Part shown: piece after piece, positions 9,879 through 20,566 of the stretch
How positions within the stretch are numbered: the stretch's first letter is position 1
Layout: each line of letters opens with the position of its first letter
DNA from: Nitrosopumilus sp.
GTDB taxonomy: Archaea > Thermoproteota > Nitrososphaeria > Nitrososphaerales > Nitrosopumilaceae
Reading direction: 5' to 3'
Length of the DNA: 64,000 bases
NCBI GenBank assembly: GCA_965197525.1
Contig: OZ240211.1
Span: forward strand, 640,001-704,000
Notes under the pieces: generated by a model
Told to the model about the DNA's origin: nothing
Seen by the model: the letters and a program-made list of their open reading frames with translations, nothing else
Database searches by the model: none
Program-made: the position numbers and the translations under genes

Positions 9879-10074
9879 ATGCTGTTCCAGCCACTTTATA
9901 GCTGCATTTTTTACAAGACCAGATACCTACTGCGTCACGTCCAAACGACTGAGAACCGCATTGAGGACAGATTCTCTTCTCTTTTAGTTGTAAGTGAATC
10001 TTGGTATACTGTTTTCTAAGTTTGATTCCGTATCTAGCGCCCAAACCTTTGAGGGATTTTTTTGCTTTGGCCAT
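9862..10074 (-). CDS. rpl37ae: 50S ribosomal protein L37ae (eL43)
   Basis: GARYG motif and CPQC...CKKC zinc finger. Confidence 0.95.
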   Translation of the reverse strand: MAKAKKSLKGLGARYGIKLRKQYTKIHLQLKEKRICPQCGSQSFGRDAVGIWSCKKCSYKVAGTAYDVKL

Positions 10075-10895
10075 TATGATGTACTGCCTCTTTGAATTTC
10101 AAGAAATTGTTCTCGTATCTTCGCACCAACTCTAACACTGATATCTCCACACTGATTAATCTCATCTTGTGTAAATCCTCCACTGCCTCCCTTCTGTAAA
10201 GCGCATATATTGCCATCAGAGTCGCTAGTAATGGTGATACGTGCATCCATGACGCCCCATTCATTGCCGTTTGGATCAACAATGATATGATCCCCAATTT
10301 TAGCCATAGTTACAGATACAGGAATTGTGGATATTGGAAGCTGTGACGGCTCGCCTTCAACAAGAGATGGTTGTTCATCAACCCAATTCCATTTTGGAGT
10401 CTTTGATACAAGTAACGCTGCAGTTGTAGCATAAGAACATGCGTCAAACAAATTCCCGTCATAATCAACTACAACTGTATCTGCAAATACACCTATAACA
10501 GATTTATTTTTTTCAATAACAAGTTCAGTGACATCAACCATGTGGCTTTCTCTTATTCCTCTATCAACAACTCGTGCTAGTTCTATGACAGGAGGTTGAG
10601 GAGGTCCTGTCTCAACAGTAGGATGCGACAAGGGTAACAACTCAGCAGTACAGATAAACAAACCGCGATCACCGGTATCAGGAAATGGTCTGTCAGGTTG
10701 AATCTTGACGCCACATACAACCTCAGTATCACCTAGGCGAACCCTAGCAGAGCCATTTGCTTTAGGAATTGCGTTTACCTCGACAAATATTTTGCGAGGT
10801 TCATCAAATGCACGTCCATCAGAGCGTTGACCATTTTCTAACAGTTCTAGTATTTGCGTCTTTTTTAATTGGTCAATAACTGAGGTAGATGTCAA
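10074..10895 (-). CDS. rrp42: Exosome subunit Rrp42
   Basis: RNase PH fold (RSDGRAFDEPR, DGNLFDA), operon context. Confidence 0.95.
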   Translation of the reverse strand: MTSTSVIDQLKKTQILELLENGQRSDGRAFDEPRKIFVEVNAIPKANGSARVRLGDTEVVCGVKIQPDRPFPDTGDRGLFICTAELLPLSHPTVETGPPQPPVIELARVVDRGIRESHMVDVTELVIEKNKSVIGVFADTVVVDYDGNLFDACSYATTAALLVSKTPKWNWVDEQPSLVEGEPSQLPISTIPVSVTMAKIGDHIIVDPNGNEWGVMDARITITSDSDGNICALQKGGSGGFTQDEINQCGDISVRVGAKIREQFLEIQRGSTS

Positions 10896-11647
10896 CTTTG
10901 ATCGTTACCTCCTCCACTACCATCTTGTCCAAAGTATTTATCATGTAATGCTTTTCTCTGGAGATCATAAACTATCTTACAGCCTTTAACACCAACATCA
11001 ACACATCGTTTGTATTCATCAGGGGTCAGAACACCATCTAGTTGTAGTAGTGTGATTTTATCAAGATTTGGCATGTAACCGATTGGCATGTCTGCCTGAC
11101 CAGCTTGATCCTCTTCGTTGTTGACATCAAGAATTATAGTATCTGCTACTTTACCCGAGGCACATGCTGCAACCATATCCCGCATTGGAATTCCAGCATC
11201 AGCTAGTGCAACAGAGGCTGCAGAAAGGGCAGCACATCTTGTACCGCCATCGGCTTGTAGCACCTCAATAAATACATCTACTGCAGTTCTAGGGAATTTA
11301 TCAAGCATGACTGCAGGCTCTAGTGCTTCTTTGATAACTTTAGAGATCTCAATCTCCCGTCTTGAGGGAGCAGGATTCTTTCGTTCACCTACAGAGAAAG
11401 GTTCCATGTGGTATCTAACCCTTAAAATTCCGGTATCAGTATTTGACATATGTTTTGGATGAACGTCTCTTGGACCAAATATACCGACTAGAATTTTGTT
11501 ATCACCAAACTCGATATAAGCTGAGCCGTCAGCATTCTTTAGTCCACCAGCTCGAATCATAATTCGTCTTGGCTCATCAATTTTACGTCCATCGCAACGA
11601 ATTCCATTCTCATCCAATAAGACCATGGTTGCATCTCTACCACCCAT
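10892..11647 (-). CDS. rrp41: Exosome subunit Rrp41
   Basis: RCDGR, ADGSAY, QADGGTRCAA, EEDQAGQADMP. Confidence 0.95.
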   Translation of the reverse strand: MGGRDATMVLLDENGIRCDGRKIDEPRRIMIRAGGLKNADGSAYIEFGDNKILVGIFGPRDVHPKHMSNTDTGILRVRYHMEPFSVGERKNPAPSRREIEISKVIKEALEPAVMLDKFPRTAVDVFIEVLQADGGTRCAALSAASVALADAGIPMRDMVAACASGKVADTIILDVNNEEDQAGQADMPIGYMPNLDKITLLQLDGVLTPDEYKRCVDVGVKGCKIVYDLQRKALHDKYFGQDGSGGGNDQS

Positions 11648-12333
11648 TATGATTCATCCTTTTTTTCCAACATTTCTTTCACTTGATCAGTCAAATTAGC
11701 AATGTGTGCTTTTTCATTAACCATTTGTATAGCCTTTTTAGCCTTTAATAACCCCTCTGGTGATTCACAAGAGACTACAACCCAGCCATTCTGACCTATA
11801 GTGATTGCAGCATTAGTTGCCATCTCGATGGTTTGTATCATAGTGCCCCTCTTTCCAATTAGACGTGGAACTTTGCTAGGCGATATGGTTACGAGGTCAC
11901 CTGAATCAATCTTACCTAAATCACGGTCGGCAATAGTTACCAATGGGTCACGGGTTCTATCAAAATTAGCAATTCTTGCAGCAACTAGATCACCTGTGTT
12001 TAGTTTAGATGTAAGTTCGTCTGCATGTGCAGAGAAGTCTCGCCCAAAGACATCCTGGGCAGGTAGGAATCCTACATAACACGAATTAATATCAAGCTCC
12101 CAAGACAATGATGTATGAGATAGTACTTTGCCAATGATTAAATCATTGATTTTAGGTATATACTTTCCAGTTAATGGTATGACTTTGACAGCGTCATCAT
12201 AAATTTCAGATATGCCAATAGTAGTAGATATGATCTCAGCACCGTCTAAAATCACATTTTGCTCAGGTCGAAACGGTCCTTTGGTTACTACATCACCTGG
12301 GATAACGTATTTGCGTTTACTGTCTGCCATCAC
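11647..12333 (-). CDS. rrp4: Exosome RNA-binding subunit Rrp4
   Basis: S1 plus KH domains (YIPKINDLIIG, RLIGKRG, GQNG). Confidence 0.95.
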   Translation of the reverse strand: MMADSKRKYVIPGDVVTKGPFRPEQNVILDGAEIISTTIGISEIYDDAVKVIPLTGKYIPKINDLIIGKVLSHTSLSWELDINSCYVGFLPAQDVFGRDFSAHADELTSKLNTGDLVAARIANFDRTRDPLVTIADRDLGKIDSGDLVTISPSKVPRLIGKRGTMIQTIEMATNAAITIGQNGWVVVSCESPEGLLKAKKAIQMVNEKAHIANLTDQVKEMLEKKDES

Positions 12334-13016
12334 TGAATCATCTCAACTGTTGCAGATCCTCTAGTTATTGAGCCTAATCTATCTATCATAGATGGTCTTG
12401 CAGCTGCGGGTATTTCAAGTATTGCTTTTAAAGAACCGTTATTTTGCCATTCTTCTTTACGTAACGAGCCCATAGATTTGAGAACAGAATAAGATTGAGA
12501 GGCATACTGTGCAGGAACGGTTATCTCTAATTGAAGATTCTCGGATTTTAAGGCAATAATAGAACGTAATTTATCAACAATGTCTTTGACTTGTTCATCC
12601 ACATGTTTATGAGGATCAATTGAGACCCGCGCATCTTTCATAGCTTGATCAATTCGGAGGGGAGGGTGTGGGAGGTGCGTCTTAGGATCTACGTAGGTCT
12701 TTGCAATAGAGGTAACAATCTGTTTTCTCTTCTCGTCGATCATCTTTCGACGTTGATCAGTTGTAAGATTCAGATCCCCTTTTTGGAGAATAATCTCAGC
12801 AATTGCAGTTTGATCTTCAGTCTGGAATGCGTTTAGCAGCTTTTCAGTAGATGGCCTGGTGCCTTTTCCAGAATCGGTATAGATATCATCAGATACTAGA
12901 ACAGCAGATATGTCTCTTTTTTTGCCTAGCTTGTACTCTAGTGCAGGATCAGGTTTTACCATAATCTCAAACTTTTCTCCCTTGAAAGAGTATCGTACTA
13001 GTGTGACATCTACCAT
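12330..13016 (-). CDS. sdo1: Ribosome maturation factor SBDS/Sdo1
   Basis: GEKFEI, PKTHLPHPPLRI motifs; heads the exosome operon. Confidence 0.95.
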   Translation of the reverse strand: MVDVTLVRYSFKGEKFEIMVKPDPALEYKLGKKRDISAVLVSDDIYTDSGKGTRPSTEKLLNAFQTEDQTAIAEIILQKGDLNLTTDQRRKMIDEKRKQIVTSIAKTYVDPKTHLPHPPLRIDQAMKDARVSIDPHKHVDEQVKDIVDKLRSIIALKSENLQLEITVPAQYASQSYSVLKSMGSLRKEEWQNNGSLKAILEIPAAARPSMIDRLGSITRGSATVEMIQ

Positions 13017-13434
13017 GTTTAAGACTTGTATTATAGCTTATTATTTAGTTATTCGGATAACCAGTCTACATTCCCAATATTTTGGGAGATGTTTTGGTTC
13101 CAGGAGGACACCATAAACGCCACAGAGACTTGTAAAGACGTTTTTAGACATAATGCCAGAAATAAAACCAGTAGATACACAGATAAAACTTGTCCAAAAA
13201 TTTATTTCAGCAGAATTGGGAAGAGATTTCCATCTAGTAAAATATCTGAACTACTGCATAGTGGTACACAATGCAGGATACATAATGAGATTAAGCAGTT
13301 AATGGAGAATGGTTTACTAGAGGTACTAGTTGTCACTACAACCATTACAATCTGCTAAATCTTGAGCACAATTCCATCTACGATTCGTATAATACAAAAT
13401 ATATGGTACAGCGTTGTATGTATTAGTATGAGAA

Positions 13435-13493
13435 TGCCGTTCGCGCATCTCTAGAGGAGTAGTCTTTCTGCATGTGTGTGGACCTGCTTCTCG
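13435..13493 (-). ncRNA. Second (decaying) copy of the DUF3800-associated RNA motif
   Basis: Aligns with 57220-57277. Immediately preceded on the minus strand by a remnant reading YSGGKLYGFGIKDL, similar to the C-terminus of the DUF3800 protein at 57301 (YRSGNRLYGVGINEI). Confidence 0.55.
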
Positions 13494-13557
13494 TCCTTAT
13501 TCAAATTTAGAAGATCCTTTATGCCAAAACCGTATAATTTACCGCCAGAATAAAAAA

Positions 13558-13790
13558 CGCCTGTGAGAAACACGGTATCAAACTAGTCGATATCAACGTA
13601 CGTTACACTTCCCAAACGTGTAGTATGTGGTAAAATAGACAAGAAATCTCATGCGACTTAAAATCTATTCAAGTGTACAGCTAGTGGTTATAAAACAAAT
13701 GCAGACATCAATGTAGCATACAACATAGCTGCCAAGGCGCCGAGACGGTCGTCTATAGACACAATCATGTAGACGGTTTGAATCCGTCAA
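13558..13790 (+). pseudogene. tnpB: 3' remnant of an IS200/IS605-type tnpB with right-end hairpin
   Basis: Broken reading LVDINVRYTSQTCS...LFKCTASGYKTNADINVAYNIAA, then hairpin GACGG-TTTGAAT-CCGTC ending in TCAA (13787-13790). Confidence 0.7.
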
Positions 13791-13972
13791 CTAGAGAAGA
13801 TATTTGGGTTTTTTTCTGTTTACTACATATCTATAATCTCATTTTCTCTAAAAGGATACTGTAGAACTAAAGCACAAAAGATGCTTTAAAATACAAAAAT
13901 CTCGATAACATAGAGATTGTAGTTATAAACGGATTTAACGTGTATCGACATCACAGCTAGCTAGATTTTTAT

Positions 13973-14638
13973 GTGGATTTTAGAGAATTTTATCAAGATT
14001 TGTCCTCCTTGGAAGTAGTCAGTAGAGATAGTAACAAGATATCAATAAAACTTAGAGATATTCCACTACAATATGCAAATGCGTTAAGACGGATATGTCT
14101 AAACGGTGTTCCAATCTTTGCAATTGACACAGTAGATATTATTGAAAACTCATCAGTGCTACCAGATGAGGGTCTAGCGCATAGATTAGGGCTAATTCCA
14201 ATAACTACAGATCTATCAAGATTCAACGAGCCATCTGAGTGTGAATGTCAAAGTGAAACTGGATGTTCTAACTGTAAAGTAATGCTGGTTTTAGATTCAG
14301 GCAACTCCAACACTACACGTACGGTGTTATCTGATGAGATATCATCAGAGGATGATTCCATAAAACCAGTATCAGGCAAGGTTCCAATCGTTCAACTAGC
14401 ACCGGGACAGAGGATAAAGATAGAATGCTATGCAAGACTAGGCCGCGGAACAGAACACGCCAAATGGAATGCTGCAAACATATCAACTCTGACTGATACT
14501 GATAAAGAAAATATCAAGCTTTTAACCGTAGAATCAACAGGAGCACTCAATCCAGAGCAGATAATCATAGCAGGAGTTGACGAGGTCAGCAACAGAATTG
14601 AACAGTTTAAAGATATGATCGATGCAATTGACGAATAA
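13973..14638 (+). CDS. rpo3: RNA polymerase subunit Rpo3 (D); likely start TTG at 14000
   Basis: NALRRI, NSSVLPDEGLAHRLGLIP, GRGTEHAKW. Confidence 0.95.
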   Translation: MDFREFYQDLSSLEVVSRDSNKISIKLRDIPLQYANALRRICLNGVPIFAIDTVDIIENSSVLPDEGLAHRLGLIPITTDLSRFNEPSECECQSETGCSNCKVMLVLDSGNSNTTRTVLSDEISSEDDSIKPVSGKVPIVQLAPGQRIKIECYARLGRGTEHAKWNAANISTLTDTDKENIKLLTVESTGALNPEQIIIAGVDEVSNRIEQFKDMIDAIDE

Positions 14639-14669
14639 ATCATTAATACACATTATTATTTGGGTTTGA

Positions 14670-15032
14670 ATGCGTGATAATCACATGGAAAATCAGGTAG
14701 TTGTTCGTATGGCAAAAGAGCTAAAGAAAGCATCTAAAACAAACAAGGCTCCGATTTGGGCCAAATTAGCGCAATATGCACTAAAACCATCATCGGCAAG
14801 AAGGGATCTCAATTTGAATCGTATCGACCAGCTAACAAAGGATAATGATATTGTAGTGTTTCCAGGCAAAGTACTAGGAACAGGCAACATAACGCACAAG
14901 ATTACACTGTTTTCATTCTCAATCTCTAATTCTGCAGCTGAAAAGATCATAAAAAGCGGAGGGGAGATAATAAGTCATAAAAATTTAATGGATCAGAATC
15001 CAACAGGAAAAGGAGTGGTTATGCTTGGCTAG
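14670..15032 (+). CDS. rpl18e: 50S ribosomal protein L18e (eL18)
   Basis: NLNRI, VFPGKVLGTG, AAEKI. Confidence 0.95.
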   Translation: MRDNHMENQVVVRMAKELKKASKTNKAPIWAKLAQYALKPSSARRDLNLNRIDQLTKDNDIVVFPGKVLGTGNITHKITLFSFSISNSAAEKIIKSGGEIISHKNLMDQNPTGKGVVMLG

Positions 15033-15576
15033 TCAAGAGACGGTTGTAAAGACAAAAAAATCCGGCAAAAAGGCAACGGCGGCAACAAAGGATAAAAGAA
15101 CACCGGACATAAAGACTGATTCTAGCACCATTATAAGAACAGACAGACCAATAGTTATAGATGCAACAGACCACATAGCAGGGAGACTAGCATCAAATGT
15201 AGCAAAATTATTAATCAAAGGGAGCAGAGTGTCGGTTGTAAATTGTGAAAAGATAATGATGAGCGGTACAAGAAGCAACCAGATAAAAGAGTATAGAGAA
15301 TTTTTAGAGATTAACAGCATTATAAATCCAAAACATGGACCTGTCCATTATAGAAGACCAGATACAGTAATGGCAAAGATGATCAGAGGAATGTTACCAT
15401 ACGACAGAAAACCATCAGGAAAACAAGCACACCAAAGACTACGAACGTATATTGGATCGCCTAAAGAACTAAGATCAATACCAAAGATTCAGTTTGAGAA
15501 AGCAAAAATTAAAAAAACACCATCAAACTACACAACAATAGGCGAGATATGCAAAGTGATAGGGTGGACTAGATGA
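15025..15576 (+). CDS. rpl13: 50S ribosomal protein L13 (uL13), Lys-rich N-terminal extension
   Basis: IDATDHIAGRLAS, RRPD, IRGMLP. Confidence 0.95.
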   Translation: MASQETVVKTKKSGKKATAATKDKRTPDIKTDSSTIIRTDRPIVIDATDHIAGRLASNVAKLLIKGSRVSVVNCEKIMMSGTRSNQIKEYREFLEINSIINPKHGPVHYRRPDTVMAKMIRGMLPYDRKPSGKQAHQRLRTYIGSPKELRSIPKIQFEKAKIKKTPSNYTTIGEICKVIGWTR

Positions 15577-16022
15577 CAGTACCAAAGACTGAGATTTATT
15601 TTGCAACAAGAAAGACTGCTAGTGCACATGTATACATAACAAAAGGAAAAGGCATGATTAGAATTAACAATGTGCCAGTAGAGATGATTCCGCAAGAAAC
15701 TGCTCGCGAGGTCATCTTGGCACCACTTGAGATAGCAGGTAGTGTGAGAAACAAAGTAGACATATCAATTAGAGTACGAGGTGGAGGTTTTATGGGCCAG
15801 GCAAGTGCAATTGCAACCGGAATATCAAGGGCGCTTACAGGATGGACAAAATCCAAAAAGGAACCAAAAGATCACCCACTCCCAAAATCTACTAGAGAAG
15901 ATCTCAGAAAACGTATTACAGATTTTGACAAGTATCTAGTTAGAGGGGACGCTAGAAGAAAAGAGCCAAAAAAGTTTGGTGGACCTGGTGCTAGACGAAG
16001 AAAGCAGAAATCATATCGTTAG
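15573..16022 (+). CDS. rps9: 30S ribosomal protein S9 (uS9)
   Basis: GGGFMGQA, EPKKFGGPGARRRKQKSYR. Confidence 0.97.
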   Translation: MTVPKTEIYFATRKTASAHVYITKGKGMIRINNVPVEMIPQETAREVILAPLEIAGSVRNKVDISIRVRGGGFMGQASAIATGISRALTGWTKSKKEPKDHPLPKSTREDLRKRITDFDKYLVRGDARRKEPKKFGGPGARRRKQKSYR

Positions 16023-16025
16023 GCT

Positions 16026-16754
16026 GTGAAAGCTGTAATTTTAGCAGGCGGCAAAGGTACGCGCGGAAAACCATATACAGATTATTTTCCAAAAGCGATG
16101 ATACCAATTAACGGAAGACCGTTAGTTGATTATGTGACAAGGTATATAAAATCATTTGATTTCATCGACGAGATAATTATAATATCAGATTTTGACGGGT
16201 TGGGCGGACAGATAAAAAACTATTATTCACATAGCAAAGACATTGTTTTTATTCAGGACTCACAAGATGGGACAGGAGGCGATCTAGTACATCTAGATCG
16301 TACACTAAAAGACGAATCAGAGTTTGTTCTATGGTTTGTAGACAATTTATGCGCAGTCAACATTGCAGAGATGATAAACACATTCAAAGAAAAGAACAGT
16401 TATGCTTGTATCGCAACTAGAACAAAGAGAAGAGAAGAGACAGGTTTTGCAACAGTAAAAGACGGAATAATAAAAGAGTTCAAAGAAAAACCAACAATAA
16501 CGCTGCAGTTGTCAGAATGTTTGGGTGTATATATAATAGACACCGATATTATTTCGCAGATAAAAGCGTTGCAAAGTAAACATCAAAAAAATATCAATCT
16601 ATCGTATGACATATTACAACAGCTAGCAAAGGAAGATAAAGTAAGTGCGTACGATATACAAGACAAGGGATGGATAGATGCTCAGTCACCTGTAACTATT
16701 GAGAGAAACAAAGAATTGGTAACAAAAATTATACAAGAGATGGGGTTGGAGTAA
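16026..16754 (+). CDS. Sugar-phosphate nucleotidyltransferase family protein
   Basis: LAGGKGTR...PKAMIPINGRP, GTGG, EFKEKP. Confidence 0.85.
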   Translation: MKAVILAGGKGTRGKPYTDYFPKAMIPINGRPLVDYVTRYIKSFDFIDEIIIISDFDGLGGQIKNYYSHSKDIVFIQDSQDGTGGDLVHLDRTLKDESEFVLWFVDNLCAVNIAEMINTFKEKNSYACIATRTKRREETGFATVKDGIIKEFKEKPTITLQLSECLGVYIIDTDIISQIKALQSKHQKNINLSYDILQQLAKEDKVSAYDIQDKGWIDAQSPVTIERNKELVTKIIQEMGLE

Positions 16755-17319
16755 CATCCTCGAACTCGGATATTTTATCATCGTATTGTAGGGTCTGTGT
16801 AATATCATCAAGGCCCTGCAAAAGGATGCTCTTTTTCTCAGATTCTATTTGGAAAGGTATCTCTCGTTTATCAGATGTTGTGGTGATTAGCTGTCGTTCT
16901 AAATCCACACTAATTGTGCCAGTCTCTTGCATTAACTGTTGTACAGTATCAGAACTCAAGGTAATGGGCAACAAGCCGTTTTTAAAGCAGTTGCTATAAA
17001 AGATGTTTGCAAAAGATGGTGCGATAACAACTGAAAAACCATAATCTGCAAGGGACCAAACAGCGTGCTCTCTGCTTGAACCACAACCAAAGTTATCGCC
17101 TGTTATGAGAATTTTAGAGTTGGCGTATCGCGAGTCATTTAAGACAAAAGTTCTATCTGGAACATTAGGTTTTTCATACCTCCAGTCAAAGAACAGGAAC
17201 TCTCCAAATCCAGATTTTGTGATGCGCTTTAAGAACTGTTTTGGAACTATCTGATCAGTATCAACATTTACCTTGTCAAGTGGTGTAACAATACTCGTGA
17301 CAGTCTTAAAAGGATTCAT
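16729..17319 (-). CDS. leuD: 3-isopropylmalate dehydratase small subunit (bacterial-type LeuD)
   Basis: [24 protein letters not shown]. Confidence 0.92.
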   Translation of the reverse strand: MNPFKTVTSIVTPLDKVNVDTDQIVPKQFLKRITKSGFGEFLFFDWRYEKPNVPDRTFVLNDSRYANSKILITGDNFGCGSSREHAVWSLADYGFSVVIAPSFANIFYSNCFKNGLLPITLSSDTVQQLMQETGTISVDLERQLITTTSDKREIPFQIESEKKSILLQGLDDITQTLQYDDKISEFEDVTPTPSLV

Positions 17320-18773
17320 ACCAAATAATCCCTCACATCTACAAAGTGGCCATTAATTGCAGCAGCAGCTGCCATCACAGGGCTGACAAGATGTGTCAGA
17401 CCTCCCCTGCCTTGTCTTCCCTCAAAATTCCTGTTAGATGTACTAGCACACCGCTCACCTGGAGATAGTATATCAGGATTCATTCCAAGACACATACTAC
17501 ACCCTGACTCTCGCCATTGAAAATTAGCATCAGTGAAGATTTTATCAAGACCCATCTCTTCTGCCTGTCTCTTTACCATCTGAGAGCCTGGAACAATGAT
17601 TCCTTTTACACTTGGTGCAATAGTTTGCCCCTTGATAATACGGGATGCCTCAACCAGATCCTCTATTCGTGCGTTGGTGCAAGAGCCGATAAATACGGTA
17701 TCAATGGAGATATCCTCAATGCATGTCCCAGGTTCTAGATTCATGTAATCAAGTGCCTTTTGAGCGCTCTTCTCTTGGTTAGGATCGCCTTTTGAGAACT
17801 CTTCAGGAGATGGTATGGATTCAGTGACATCGCAGACCATTGCAGGAGTTGTTCCCCAACTCACTTGAGGTGCAATATCATCAATATGTAGCGTAAACTG
17901 TTTCTCAAACTTGGCATTGCTGTCACTGAACAGATTAGAACTCCAATCATCAACTAGAGCATCATAGTTCTTAGGTGTGAATTGCCTGTCTCTAAGATAG
18001 TCAAATGTCTTCTCATCAGGTGCAACCAGTCCTGCACGCGCCCCTGCCTCAATTGACATATTACATATAGTCATCCTCTGTTCCATAGTGAGATCAGTTA
18101 TTCCCTGACCACGATACTCTATAACGTGATCCTTGCCGCCGCCGGTTCCAATGCGTCTTATAATTGACAGTATGATATCTTTGGCAGTTACAGCATGAGG
18201 ATTACTACGTTTGCCTGTAACTACAATCTCAAATGGTTTTAGTTTCTCCAGCCACAACGTTTGAGACGCCAATACATGCTCCACCTCACTTGTTCCAATA
18301 CCCAAAGCCAAAGCTCCAAATGCTCCATGAGTTGATGTATGACTATCACCGCAAACAATGGTACTGCCAGGTAACGTGATGCCCAGTTGCGGGCCAATGA
18401 CGTGAACGATCCCCTGATTAGGACTATTAACATCAAATAGTGTGATTCCAAAATCTTGACAGTTCTTCTCTAATGCATTGATTTGATTAGAAGACATCTG
18501 ATCAACTATTGGCAGCGAGCGATTGGTTGTCGGAACATTATGATCCATGGTAGCAATAGTAAGATCCGGCCTTCTAACACGTCTATTGTTTATGCGTAAT
18601 CCATCAAAGGCTTGAGGGGATGTAACCTCGTGAACAAGATGTCTGTCAATGTACAAGAGTGCGGTATTATTTGGTTTCTCCACTATTACATGAGAATTCC
18701 AAATTTTTTCAAAAAGAGTTTGTGCCAAATTAGGATGCATCCTTGTCATAGTGGAATAAACCACCGGCCGCAA
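17316..18773 (-). CDS. leuC: 3-isopropylmalate dehydratase large subunit (bacterial-type LeuC); true start probably about 35-45 nt downstream
   Basis: [51 protein letters not shown]. Confidence 0.93.
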   Translation of the reverse strand: MRPVVYSTMTRMHPNLAQTLFEKIWNSHVIVEKPNNTALLYIDRHLVHEVTSPQAFDGLRINNRRVRRPDLTIATMDHNVPTTNRSLPIVDQMSSNQINALEKNCQDFGITLFDVNSPNQGIVHVIGPQLGITLPGSTIVCGDSHTSTHGAFGALALGIGTSEVEHVLASQTLWLEKLKPFEIVVTGKRSNPHAVTAKDIILSIIRRIGTGGGKDHVIEYRGQGITDLTMEQRMTICNMSIEAGARAGLVAPDEKTFDYLRDRQFTPKNYDALVDDWSSNLFSDSNAKFEKQFTLHIDDIAPQVSWGTTPAMVCDVTESIPSPEEFSKGDPNQEKSAQKALDYMNLEPGTCIEDISIDTVFIGSCTNARIEDLVEASRIIKGQTIAPSVKGIIVPGSQMVKRQAEEMGLDKIFTDANFQWRESGCSMCLGMNPDILSPGERCASTSNRNFEGRQGRGGLTHLVSPVMAAAAAINGHFVDVRDYLV

Positions 18774-19224
18774 TTATATTTGCGATAATCTCAGAGAATG
18801 GTTTCATGTTATAAGCCTGATTCGTGGTTTGATTTGTAATCTCATTGTTTGTAGTATCAATACTGATTTTGTCACCATGTGAAATTCCGTTATAGGCATC
18901 TTCAGATATCTCAATTGGTAGTAAAAATGCACCATCGACTGCGTTTCTGTAAAAGATTCTTGCAAAAGATAGTGCGAGAACTGCCTTTACACCGCAGTGC
19001 GATAAAGCAATAGGTGCGTGTTCGCGTGATGAGCCACAACCAAAATTTTTGCCAGCCAGTATGAAATCACCTTCCTTTACCTTGGAATGAAAGTCAGGGT
19101 CCAATCCCTCCATTGCATGAGTTGCAAGTTCTGCATAATCATGCACCTTTAGATACTGACCAGGAATAATTACATCAGTGTCAATGTTGTCACGTGCATA
19201 TTTTATAACATTACCCTGTATCAT
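18730..19224 (-). CDS. Archaeal-type LeuD/HacB family small subunit
   Basis: [23 protein letters not shown]; short archaeal form. Confidence 0.85.
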   Translation of the reverse strand: MIQGNVIKYARDNIDTDVIIPGQYLKVHDYAELATHAMEGLDPDFHSKVKEGDFILAGKNFGCGSSREHAPIALSHCGVKAVLALSFARIFYRNAVDGAFLLPIEISEDAYNGISHGDKISIDTTNNEITNQTTNQAYNMKPFSEIIANIIAAGGLFHYDKDAS

Positions 19225-20501
19225 GATGGCAGATCCCTCGGATCAGTTATCTTTCCAGTTACAGCAGACGCTGCTGCCACCATAGGCGATGACAGATATG
19301 TTTGGGATTCGATATGACCCATCCTACCAGGAAAGTTTCTGTTAGTTGTACTAATACAGATCTCGTCTTTTGCCAATACACCCATATGAGCGCCACAGCA
19401 TGCTCCACACGTAGGCGGTCCCACCGTTGCACCGGCATCCATGAATATCTTCAGTAGACCATTCTCCATGGCTCTACGGTACACAGATATTGCAGCAGGT
19501 AGTACCTCGGTTCTAATCTTGACTGTTCGTCCTTTGAGGATTTTGGCAGCTGCCTGTAGATCTTCGTATTTTGCACCTGTGCATGAACCAATGTACGCCT
19601 TGTCTAGTTCAACTGATGGGGCTTCTCGTACAACAGAAATGTTCTCAGGAGAGAACGGCTTGGCAATGATTGGCTCCATCTCCGAACTCTCGTATTCAAA
19701 TACCTTGGAATACTGTGCGTCATCGTCACCTTTAATCAGATTGATGTTTGTGGCACCACGAGAGGTAAGATAGTCAACAACTTTTTTGCCAGGTTCCACT
19801 ATACCATTCTTGGCTCCAGCCTCTGTAGTCATGTTACACAAGGTCAACCGGCTTTGCACAGACATCTCATCTATACCACTTCCGCCAAACTGCATTGTTC
19901 TATAAGCTCCACCGTCTGTTCCTATATCTCCAATAATCTTCAAGATCAGATCCTTTGCCATGACATGATCAGGTAATCTTCCATTCAGTTTAAAGTACAA
20001 AGTCTCAGGAACCTTAAACCAGATCTCACCATGTAACAAGACATATGCAATATCAGTATGGCCCAGACCGCATGCAAACGCACCTAGTGCGCCAGTTGTA
20101 TTTGTATGAGAGTCGCCGCCAACATATACGTCTCCAGGCATCACCATGGCCTCCTCATGTGAGATGGTATGACATATTCCGTACTGACCCATTCCGTACT
20201 TGAAATGTTTTTCTATACCATAATGCTTTGTAAAGTTGGATAATTTTACAATATTTTCAGCAGACAATTTTTCTGCCGAAGGTACAAAATGGTCTTCGGC
20301 CACCCAAACTCGTGTAGGATCCCAGAGTTTATCAACTGATATGCCTTGTTTTTGTAGTTTGTCAAACACTTTGATTACTCCTGGCCCTGATACATCATGC
20401 ATCATGACCTTGTCGACATTTGCAAACACTACGTCATCGGGGGCCACAGATGAACGCCCTGAACCTCTAGCAAGAATTTTCTCTACGATATTCATAACCA
20501 T
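19221..20501 (-). CDS. Archaeal-type LeuC/HacA (homoaconitase family) large subunit; start set at ATG 20501
   Basis: MNIVEKIL, DSHTNTTGALG, GSCTGAKYED, CGACCG, STTNRNFPGRMG. Confidence 0.85.
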   Translation of the reverse strand: MVMNIVEKILARGSGRSSVAPDDVVFANVDKVMMHDVSGPGVIKVFDKLQKQGISVDKLWDPTRVWVAEDHFVPSAEKLSAENIVKLSNFTKHYGIEKHFKYGMGQYGICHTISHEEAMVMPGDVYVGGDSHTNTTGALGAFACGLGHTDIAYVLLHGEIWFKVPETLYFKLNGRLPDHVMAKDLILKIIGDIGTDGGAYRTMQFGGSGIDEMSVQSRLTLCNMTTEAGAKNGIVEPGKKVVDYLTSRGATNINLIKGDDDAQYSKVFEYESSEMEPIIAKPFSPENISVVREAPSVELDKAYIGSCTGAKYEDLQAAAKILKGRTVKIRTEVLPAAISVYRRAMENGLLKIFMDAGATVGPPTCGACCGAHMGVLAKDEICISTTNRNFPGRMGHIESQTYLSSPMVAAASAVTGKITDPRDLPS

Positions 20502-20566
20502 GGTTCTCAGAATAGAGATTAAAATCTTTTCAGAACAGTAAAAAGGCAAAAAAACCAAGTACAGTT

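Noticed and set aside
13026-13358. 110-aa ORF upstream of SBDS as a real gene
   Set aside because: No recognisable motif, lies within mobile-element debris and starts in the SBDS promoter region.
16729-20501. Two adjacent LeuC/LeuD pairs as a novelty
   Set aside because: One bacterial-type and one archaeal-type pair; to my recollection this arrangement is usual in Nitrosopumilaceae, and paralogous aconitase-family dehydratases are common in archaea.
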